DNA of 64,000 bases from a virus: IMG/VR virus record IMGVR_UViG_3300035698_014170, positions 23,341 through 87,340 of that record. One strand, given 5' to 3'. Each line of letters starts with the position of its first letter. The stretch's first letter is position 1. A model generated the notes under the pieces. That model made no database searches and was not told the origin of the DNA. It saw only the letters and a program-made list of their open reading frames with translations. The translations under genes and the position numbers were made by a program. Positions 56,885 to 64,000 of this stretch are shown one piece after another.

Positions 56885-57301
56885 TCAATCCCACCAATAA
56901 GGTAATCTTTTTTTAAGTATATCACATAACATATCTAAATCTTGTTTTTGTAGTGTATCTTCGTAATTGTCAAGCTGATATATACCGATACAATTAAAAG
57001 ACTTAAGTGTTGTAAACTGTAATCCTCCGTCTGTAGATACGTACATTTTAATAGTGACAGGACCATTGTCTATATACTTTTCGTCTACTAATCGTTTAGC
57101 TAATAAACTAGCTATTTTCATTCTTTTTTGTTCTTTTGGAAAGTTACAAGACCAAGTATTTTCAAATTTACTCATTAATTCTAATTTTTTAGACAATATA
57201 GTCAATAAAAAACAATGGTCATATTGACGATCGTCCCAAATAATAGGAAGCCATATCCAACAATTTTTAAGACTTTGTAAAACCGATCTAAAAAATCTCA
57301 T
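56885..57301 (-). CDS. Hypothetical phage protein
   Basis: W.PIIWDDR.YD..F...KL..M and C-terminal WWD. Confidence 0.75.
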   Translation of the reverse strand: MRFFRSVLQSLKNCWIWLPIIWDDRQYDHCFLLTILSKKLELMSKFENTWSCNFPKEQKRMKIASLLAKRLVDEKYIDNGPVTIKMYVSTDGGLQFTTLKSFNCIGIYQLDNYEDTLQKQDLDMLCDILKKRLPYWWD

Positions 57302-58233
57302 TAAAATAACTCCGGTTTAGTTTCTTTGATTTTTTGAGTTACTAACTTCTGCAGTCCTTTGAAATTGATAAGAGGATACTTAAACTCTTTAACAAAATTC
57401 CAACAGTCTTCACTTACTAAATCGTGATACACAGTGCTCAGCAATCTAGGTATAAATTTACTCGACCATCCTTCTTTGTCTAATACTATCTTTGCGAGGG
57501 TCTTTTCAATTAAAGCCGTTGTACAATATTTATCTACAATATGTTCTTCGACAATTGTACGAGCAGCTTTCTCAGCAGGTCCCATTTCTTTAACATGTTT
57601 TTCCTTAAACTCAGATGTTACAATTTTAGCCCATGTTGTCCTACCAAACTTGTTTTTATACTCGTAGTTCTTTATAACAATTCCTTCGCCGGTTCCTTTA
57701 CCATCTTGGATTAAGAAATTGTTTCCTTCGAGACACTTAATGTAAGCTTCGTAATTACCATTTACGAATGTAGTCGTACACGGTATATAATCAATACCAA
57801 ATTCTTCTAATAAAACTCTATATTCTTCGTAAGGAAGGTATTCAAACTGCTCCCCTGACGGCAACTCTTCTGCTAAATCTCTTACAACGTCAAAAACGTA
57901 AAACTTTTTCCACGCATCCGTTCGATAAGTTTTCAAGCTATGCGGAACTAACCATTCGCCGAAAAGTCGAAGATCAGGATGCTCATTTAAAAAGTATTGA
58001 TACAAGTTAGAATTTTCTTTAATTGTTCTTCTAAATCCTGCATTATCGTTATCGTCGCTTAGCTGTCTGTTTCTACTTCCGAATTCTAAATTATGGAAAC
58101 CGTTTCGTATATCTAACCATATACTACCGTTCGTGCCGTCTATTTTTGGGAAAACATAAGTAGTTCCTGACTCGATACCTTCTACTTCTAATGTTCCTAA
58201 TCGTGCTACATGCTGATATTTTTTAAATTCCAT
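57301..58233 (-). CDS. ATP-dependent RNA ligase (Rnl2-like)
   Basis: Motif I PKIDGTN, GSRNR, LFGEW, FYVFD, GEGIVIK, AKIVTSEFKE. Confidence 0.85.
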   Translation of the reverse strand: MEFKKYQHVARLGTLEVEGIESGTTYVFPKIDGTNGSIWLDIRNGFHNLEFGSRNRQLSDDNDNAGFRRTIKENSNLYQYFLNEHPDLRLFGEWLVPHSLKTYRTDAWKKFYVFDVVRDLAEELPSGEQFEYLPYEEYRVLLEEFGIDYIPCTTTFVNGNYEAYIKCLEGNNFLIQDGKGTGEGIVIKNYEYKNKFGRTTWAKIVTSEFKEKHVKEMGPAEKAARTIVEEHIVDKYCTTALIEKTLAKIVLDKEGWSSKFIPRLLSTVYHDLVSEDCWNFVKEFKYPLINFKGLQKLVTQKIKETKPELF

Positions 58234-58234
58234 A

Positions 58235-58900
58235 TTACGCTCCGAAGCTATCAAAAATAATTGGTACTCTTTTTTGAACGTCTTTTAATAACATATAAGC
58301 AATTTCTTGCATTTGAGGATGTGCTTTTTTAGAACATCTTAACTCGAAGAAATGCATCCATTCTCTAAAATTTCCTCCAACATTTATTTCTGTTTTTAAA
58401 GAATTAGGAAGAACACTACGAGCTTGTTGTGGCGTCCAACTATTATTTAATAAATTGATATAAGTTTTTTCGTTCCAAAGCATTTGTGCAAACCATAAAC
58501 CTTCCTCATCTTTATAACTTTCGTTACAAGCTAAATCGGTATCGAACTTCCATTCTCCTAGCATACCTTCAGCTCTTGATTCTTTAAACCAATTAGGAAT
58601 AATAAAGGAAACGCCGTCTTTGTAGTTACAATACCTTGTGCTTTCTTGTGCAAAACTAAATAATCTATGCCGGACAAGTTCGTGCGTTACTCCTCTATCA
58701 CATATTACTTTATAAGACATCCAACCGAACTCGAACATAGCAAGATGCTTCTTACCAAGAAGTTTTTCTACAAATTGAATATAACTATTTTCAGTTATTT
58801 TATCTTCTGATTTATAACAAGTTCTTCCAACTTTTTCTATAAGTCTCAATCCGTGACTATTTATGTCCAGAAATTCTATAGACGGTTTAATTAATTGCAT
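58235..58900 (-). CDS. thyX: Flavin-dependent thymidylate synthase
   Basis: THELVRHRLFSFAQESTRY; ARSVLPN; N.REW.HF..LR. Confidence 0.95.
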   Translation of the reverse strand: MQLIKPSIEFLDINSHGLRLIEKVGRTCYKSEDKITENSYIQFVEKLLGKKHLAMFEFGWMSYKVICDRGVTHELVRHRLFSFAQESTRYCNYKDGVSFIIPNWFKESRAEGMLGEWKFDTDLACNESYKDEEGLWFAQMLWNEKTYINLLNNSWTPQQARSVLPNSLKTEINVGGNFREWMHFFELRCSKKAHPQMQEIAYMLLKDVQKRVPIIFDSFGA

Positions 58901-58912
58901 TATTTAGTTCTT

Positions 58913-59215
58913 TCATTTAAGCCACTTTTCGCAGTTTTTATGAGTTTCATCAACAGAGTATTCTATAGTCAATATCCAACAAGTTGTGTCTTTCTTTCCA
59001 CATGATGCACATTTTCCGTATGCTTTTACTTTTTGAGCCACTCCAACAATATTACGGAACGGCTCCGATGTTATAATAACAAACTCATGTGAGCATTCTG
59101 ATTTTATAACTGGTCCTACAACTGGTTTTTCATTGTAGCAAAACTTATAATAAAATACACTTAAAAATAGTACCACAATCGATAATAAAAAGCATTTTTG
59201 CGATAATTTACTCAT
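58913..59215 (-). CDS. Hypothetical membrane-anchored Cys-containing protein
   Basis: N-terminal TM helix; CSH and CASC. Confidence 0.65.
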   Translation of the reverse strand: MSKLSQKCFLLSIVVLFLSVFYYKFCYNEKPVVGPVIKSECSHEFVIITSEPFRNIVGVAQKVKAYGKCASCGKKDTTCWILTIEYSVDETHKNCEKWLK

Positions 59216-60540
59216 TATAAAGCTCTCCCGTCTTCGTACACATGTTTAACTATTGGAAATCTAAGTGAATGTTCGCCTTTTTTATTTGTAGTCTCTTCGA
59301 AGTATTGGACTGTAATAGTTTTGCCAATAATTTTATTAGGATCTTTATAAAAAGCTTGTCGTTGATCCATTGTAAAACCTGAACCTACGTTAACTGTATT
59401 TCCTTTATAATCAATTGTAACCGAATGAAGAACATCCACGTCTGTTTCGACACCTTCTATTAATTTACGCATAGTAGTAAAAGAAGCGTCCTTTACAACG
59501 GTTTCGAAGTCGTGCATTTTCTTAACCTTAAGCAAGTCTTTTGACCGCTTACCCTTATAAAAAGTGTCTTTTCTAAGCATAAGCCCTTCCCAACCTGCTG
59601 TTTTTGCTTGTTTTATATAAACAGAAAAGTCTACATCTTTGGGCAAGCAAATTTGTTCTACTATTTTAATACTCGTCTTGCAGCGAAACTGTTTACGTAT
59701 TTTTTCTAACAAACTACATCGTTCTGAAAAAATACTGTTGCTTTTTCCTTTTTCAAAATCTGCGAGTGCAATACAATCAAACACATGATAAACTGGATTA
59801 GGAATAAAATGATTTTTACGACGTACTTGGCTCATTAAACCTTGAAAATCGTCGGAACCGTCTGCTGTTTGTAAAGATAATTCTCCGTCTAATACAATAG
59901 GCGGACCTTCATAATCACTTAACATCGTTTTAAGAACGTTTAACGTTTCAAAAGCTTTACCTTTGCGGCTATACAATTCTACTCGTGACGATTTGCCAAG
60001 TATAGCTACACATCGTACCCCATCTAATTTTCTAGACACGTACCAATCATCGTCTTCTTTCCAAACTTCTTGTCCTTCCCATTTAGCTCCTAGAGAAACT
60101 TGAAAATCTCGTATAGGCGTAAACTTAATCAACTTAAATACTTTATTTACAGTAGAAAGCCCTATTCGTGCTTTGATATCCTTATTAAGTATCATTCCGG
60201 CTAAATCTTGTAAATCGTCGGGTAAAGAAAGCAAATACTTACACCAAAGAGTTCTAGCTGCTTTTCCTGTAAAATTTCTAAGCATTAACTGTGTGAGAAC
60301 AATATCTAATGTATCGTCTAACGGAAGTAGCGTTTTATCCATTTCCAACAGTGCTGTTTTATTTGATAAATTGTATTGCATAAAAGAATCAAATACATAT
60401 ACAAAATATTGTCGAAGATAAGGTTGATTTTGAAGTTCATCTTCTAAGACTTTACTTTTGTACGTTGTTGACGAATTATCAGCTAGCCGATTTAAAACCG
60501 CTTTGAGAGCATATAATTTTTTTATTTCCTCGTTTTTCAT
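59215..60540 (-). CDS. ATP-dependent DNA ligase
   Basis: RKLDGVR, LDGE, VFD, WEGLMLR, LLKVK, VGSGF, SLRFP. Confidence 0.95.
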   Translation of the reverse strand: MKNEEIKKLYALKAVLNRLADNSSTTYKSKVLEDELQNQPYLRQYFVYVFDSFMQYNLSNKTALLEMDKTLLPLDDTLDIVLTQLMLRNFTGKAARTLWCKYLLSLPDDLQDLAGMILNKDIKARIGLSTVNKVFKLIKFTPIRDFQVSLGAKWEGQEVWKEDDDWYVSRKLDGVRCVAILGKSSRVELYSRKGKAFETLNVLKTMLSDYEGPPIVLDGELSLQTADGSDDFQGLMSQVRRKNHFIPNPVYHVFDCIALADFEKGKSNSIFSERCSLLEKIRKQFRCKTSIKIVEQICLPKDVDFSVYIKQAKTAGWEGLMLRKDTFYKGKRSKDLLKVKKMHDFETVVKDASFTTMRKLIEGVETDVDVLHSVTIDYKGNTVNVGSGFTMDQRQAFYKDPNKIIGKTITVQYFEETTNKKGEHSLRFPIVKHVYEDGRAL

Positions 60541-60541
60541 G

Positions 60542-60724
60542 TCAGTCCTTTTTAATAGAGACAAGTTTATAATTCTTATCTAGTTTTCTTTTTCGTGCTC
60601 CTTCTATACAAGGACTACATCTTCCTGATATAGCACATTGTGAGCCTTTTTTGGCAGTAGTAGTATACCCACATTCTTTACATCTAAACTTGATACTGTT
60701 TTTGTATTCTTTAAATATCTTCAT
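60542..60724 (-). CDS. Small Zn-finger protein
   Basis: CKEC..C..CSPC. Confidence 0.6.
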   Translation of the reverse strand: MKIFKEYKNSIKFRCKECGYTTTAKKGSQCAISGRCSPCIEGARKRKLDKNYKLVSIKKD

Positions 60725-60971
60725 TTTTCATTTCTTTCATTTTTATTTCGTATTCTTCTTTAGTAAACTCTACATTAAGAATAGCATATTGTAAGTCTCG
60801 AACATTTACGCAGAAACTGCAATAATCACAGGAATCACAGGAATCACAGGAATAACAGTAATCACAGGAATAACAGTAATCACAGGAATAACAGGACTGT
60901 AACTTTTGCAGTTCCGCCTTTAATTCGGCTCCAGTCATTTTTAATATTTTTTCTTTTTTTCCGTCTTTCAA
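60711..60971 (-). CDS. Small protein with tandem CxxC (SCY/SCD/YCY) repeats
   Basis: 9/18-nt tandem repeat at 60823-60896; C-terminal YAILNV.FT.EEY. Confidence 0.7.
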   Translation of the reverse strand: MKDGKKEKILKMTGAELKAELQKLQSCYSCDYCYSCDYCYSCDSCDSCDYCSFCVNVRDLQYAILNVEFTKEEYEIKMKEMKNEDI

Positions 60972-61025
60972 TCCTTTCTAAAATTATTATTAACTTACTT
61001 TTATTATACTGTAAATTTAGTCAAA

Positions 61026-61952
61026 TTAACATAAATTTTCAATTAATTCTAAAGTTGTCCACTTTCCTAAACTATCCGGATCTTCGCCTTTAGGCAATCT
61101 AACGACATCGATTTTGTCAATAAAAGGTCTAAAGTATTCTGCTTGCTTTTTAGCTTTCCAATATGCATCACTATCCCAACAGATAATCAATCTTTTTAAA
61201 TGTTTATCTTCGATAAGATTTTTTTGTATATCTGTGATATGTGTTCCAAAAGTTGCACAAACAGAATCGCCTAATCTCCAAGCATCCAAAATACCTTCGA
61301 CTAAAATCATTACATTACATATCGAATCGTAGTTATAAAGATAATTGTTTATGTCTACAAACTTCGGAATGTCGTATTTAATATCTGCTTTTCCCGTTAA
61401 ATCAGCTGCTTGGTAACATACTAATTTTTTTTCATAATAAATAGGAATGATCATTCTGTGCATATATCTGCCTACTTCGCAGATGTAACAGTTATTTCGA
61501 AGTAAAGTACCAAAGCTAATATTTCGTCTTTTAAGATAATTGTTTAATAACTTTGATTTAGTATCGGGGGTAATAAGTTGTGAATACTCTGGCAATTCGA
61601 TTTCTTTAGTTATAAGACCAGACGTTTCGTTTATTTCTTCTTTTTTAAGTAATTGTTCAATTTGGTCTTTAGAAGATTGTTTAAAATTAACTTCTGATGC
61701 GTCTAATACTCTTTCACATTCTGTTGTAGAAAGACCAGTCAATTGTTGAAATAATCGGACGAAAGGTCCTGTAGCACTACATCTCCAGCAGTGGAATACA
61801 AGTGTGTCTTCGAATATTCCACAATGATTAGACTGATCATTACAAAAAGGACAACAAACATTTACAGAATCTACAGATACATTTTTACCTTCTGTCCAGT
61901 ACTCAATATTATAGTCATTAAGTATTCTAATTAGTAAACGTTTATTATTCAT
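61026..61952 (-). CDS. DNA primase (Zn-binding + TOPRIM)
   Basis: CPFC..H..FHCWRC; MIIPIY; LVEGILD; WDSD; DPD. Confidence 0.85.
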   Translation of the reverse strand: MNNKRLLIRILNDYNIEYWTEGKNVSVDSVNVCCPFCNDQSNHCGIFEDTLVFHCWRCSATGPFVRLFQQLTGLSTTECERVLDASEVNFKQSSKDQIEQLLKKEEINETSGLITKEIELPEYSQLITPDTKSKLLNNYLKRRNISFGTLLRNNCYICEVGRYMHRMIIPIYYEKKLVCYQAADLTGKADIKYDIPKFVDINNYLYNYDSICNVMILVEGILDAWRLGDSVCATFGTHITDIQKNLIEDKHLKRLIICWDSDAYWKAKKQAEYFRPFIDKIDVVRLPKGEDPDSLGKWTTLELIENLC

Positions 61953-61974
61953 ATTTTTAAAAGGTGTAAATATG

Positions 61975-62040
61975 TAGAGGCTATAATTATACCCATTATT
62001 AACTTAAACACAGTGTACGTCGTATTTAAGCCCCTAAATA
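61975..62040 (+). repeat. Dispersed bipartite element, copy 6 (antisense to flanking genes)
   Basis: GAGGCTATAATTATACCC...TAAGCCCCTAAA, same register. Confidence 0.8.
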
Positions 62041-62176
62041 GAGTCTAAACAAGGTGATTAAGCTCTTTAAATAGAAGCTACAATGTAAATAAAAACCAAG
62101 TAAGGAATCGCACCTTATGTTTATGCCTCCTTAACTCGGCCGCGTATCCGGCGACTATTTATATAGGAAAAAATGA

Positions 62177-63145
62177 TTATATTAATAGATCAAACGCTCT
62201 TTGTTTAATCAAAGCTCCACTACCGAATACTGTCGATTTAAAAGCAGTTTCGCCTTCAGGAACATCTGTATTTTTACGAACGTTCGATCTTCTTTTATGG
62301 TCCACATACTCAGTCACTGCATTAAAAGCATCCCAAGCAGAATTTCCGTGACTTTCAATTCCTGAAACGAAAAGGTCTTGTACTTCTTCACGAATACTCG
62401 CAGTTCGTTTAGGTAAACGAGCAACACCTTCTTCGTTTATTTTATCAGGAAAAAGATTTTTAACAAACGTATTCATATCATCTTTGCAAAAAGATCTGTT
62501 TGCAAGATCATTAATCACTCTGTCTAAAGCATTATAATAATGTTCAGATAATCCTAAAATCCTACGTGCTTCCGTAAAACCTATACGATATTGTTTCGAA
62601 TGCTGAATTCGTACTGTGCTAACTGTTCCAGGAATTTCGACTGTCAAACCGTTCGAACAAACAAGTCTAAATGCACCCATTTGTACTTTAACTGAACTTG
62701 TACCATCGTGAGAGGATTGAAGAAACAAATACTTACGAATCTTTTCGTTATCACGAATAACGATATCGTTATCCATTTCAGCGATTACGTATATCCTGCT
62801 TCCGCCTTCAAGCTGTCCAGCATTTTTATATTTTGCAACGCCTTCTTCAACTAGACCATCAAAAAATCCAAAACACTCTCTGTTTTGAATAGGTTCGTAT
62901 TTTCCTTTGACAACACCTAATACTTCATTATCCGTATCACGCACAACACCGAGCCGATTTTTTGCTTTGGTACCTATAACCGGTATTCCGTCGACCATAT
63001 TTGTACCAGCAGTATAAAGGGGCTTTAAATTAACCTTCCAGTCTAATCCGGCCAATTCAATAGCTTCTGCTGCTGTTTTTGCTTCTGATACTCCTGTACT
63101 AATTCCTAACCACGGTAAAGAATAATGCATTTTAAATCCTTTCAT
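62177..63145 (-). CDS. DUF932-family (phage/plasmid-like TIGR03299) protein
   Basis: PW.G, AGLDW.V, Y.PIQN, SHDGT, RLVCSNG, W.AFNAVTEY.DH. Confidence 0.85.
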   Translation of the reverse strand: MKGFKMHYSLPWLGISTGVSEAKTAAEAIELAGLDWKVNLKPLYTAGTNMVDGIPVIGTKAKNRLGVVRDTDNEVLGVVKGKYEPIQNRECFGFFDGLVEEGVAKYKNAGQLEGGSRIYVIAEMDNDIVIRDNEKIRKYLFLQSSHDGTSSVKVQMGAFRLVCSNGLTVEIPGTVSTVRIQHSKQYRIGFTEARRILGLSEHYYNALDRVINDLANRSFCKDDMNTFVKNLFPDKINEEGVARLPKRTASIREEVQDLFVSGIESHGNSAWDAFNAVTEYVDHKRRSNVRKNTDVPEGETAFKSTVFGSGALIKQRAFDLLI

Positions 63146-63166
63146 TTTAGTTTTTTATATACTATT

Positions 63167-63370
63167 TTATAGTTTTTTATCGGACAAAGGGTTAACAACA
63201 ATTTTTATATCTCTTCTTCTTTCATGTTCCGTCCAAAGTTCGAATTGCCAAAATCCATTATTGTAACATTTACCATAACCGCAAGTCATTTCATCTGCAA
63301 TATTGGTTGTCCAAGTTGGATTAATATTAAGCAAAAATAAAAATCTTGCAATAAAACTGTAATTTCTCAT
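63167..63370 (-). CDS. Hypothetical protein
   Basis: AAAGGA RBS; TAGTATAAT upstream. Confidence 0.6.
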   Translation of the reverse strand: MRNYSFIARFLFLLNINPTWTTNIADEMTCGYGKCYNNGFWQFELWTEHERRRDIKIVVNPLSDKKL

Positions 63371-63426
63371 TTTTCAATCCTTTTAATTATCGAACTTTAC
63401 TTTAATTATACTAAGTTATCTAATAA

Positions 63427-63696
63427 TTAACTTGTAAAATGTGCTTTATTTCTAAGATACTCGTACCAATCTCCATTTTCCTTTAACGTACGAGGAATCT
63501 GAGATTCGTAACAAGTATTGTAAGCAGCGGTTGTTTTCATCTCTTGAATTAATTTGATCCCCCAACCAATACTAAGTAGTAAATTTACAGCTTTTGATAA
63601 TTCAGCTTCGTAATCAATAAATCTTGAAAAATTTATCAAATCCCGAAAATGGCTTATACAATTGTATTTTTCTAATGCATTTTCTTTTGTTAACAT
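63427..63696 (-). CDS. Hypothetical protein
   Basis: AAAGGA RBS; TTGATT..TATAAT promoter near 63745-63772. Confidence 0.65.
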   Translation of the reverse strand: MLTKENALEKYNCISHFRDLINFSRFIDYEAELSKAVNLLLSIGWGIKLIQEMKTTAAYNTCYESQIPRTLKENGDWYEYLRNKAHFTS

Positions 63697-63745
63697 CTTT
63701 GCAATCCTTTCTAAAATTATTATTAACTTTTAACCTACTTCCTTA

Positions 63746-64000
63746 TTATATTAAGTTTAAAAAAAGAATCAAGCACTTTTTTCATTTTTCTTTACTTTTT
63801 TTGTACTTTCTTATATATTCCATCGTTGTCTGCACTAAGCTCTTTCTAATACGTCTATTTGTATTTACTAATGAATCTATAGAATTCAATAAAACAAGAT
63901 CTATTGCTAAACATTTCTTTTTTTGCTCTAATCGTTGAATTCTGCCTTTACACTGTTTTCGTACTTTCGGAGAAGCTATAGGCGAAAAGAAAAAAATTAA
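63746..64000 (-). CDS. 3' end of a gene entering from the window edge
   Basis: Frame is open from 64000 to TAA 63746. Confidence 0.45.

Noticed and set aside
6202-62040. Dispersed element or 21-nt linkers as CRISPR repeats or integron attC sites
   Set aside because: There is no regular repeat-spacer array and no cas or integrase gene in the window. The elements are kilobases apart and lack RYYYAAC/GTTRRRY ends, and the linkers are in-frame coding.

Overview
Segment of a large, AT-rich, T4-like contractile-tailed (myovirus) phage genome, standard genetic code, probably with a bacterial host (sigma70-type promoters, AAAGGA ribosome-binding sites). Plus strand, 1-49.3 kb: probable head-packaged proteins, including two modular polyproteins whose domains are separated by repeated E-ending linkers; a 7-tRNA cluster; neck, sheath, tube, tape-measure, baseplate and tailspike genes; a ~15 kb, 19-gene glycan synthesis/modification cluster; and an intein-containing metallophosphoesterase. 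Minus strand, 49.5-64 kb: queE, folE, class II RNR, HNH nuclease, RtcB, Rnl2-like ligase, ThyX, DNA ligase, primase and a DUF932-like protein. The most notable unexplained signals are: (1) six dispersed copies of a bipartite element, a TATAATTATA palindrome plus an AG(A/G)CCCCTTAAA-like box exactly 45 bp away; (2) a ~195-nt tRNA-shaped RNA with no canonical anticodon loop, next to queE; (3) polyproteins with nucleotide-identical 21-nt linkers encoding candidate prohead-protease sites; (4) the glycan cluster, with three Maf-like paralogs and two kinase-methyltransferase fusions; (5) a candidate +1 frameshift (UUU_CGA) in the tail chaperone. Several other broken genes are best explained as homopolymer indel errors. 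All family assignments are by-eye motif recognition; no searches were run.
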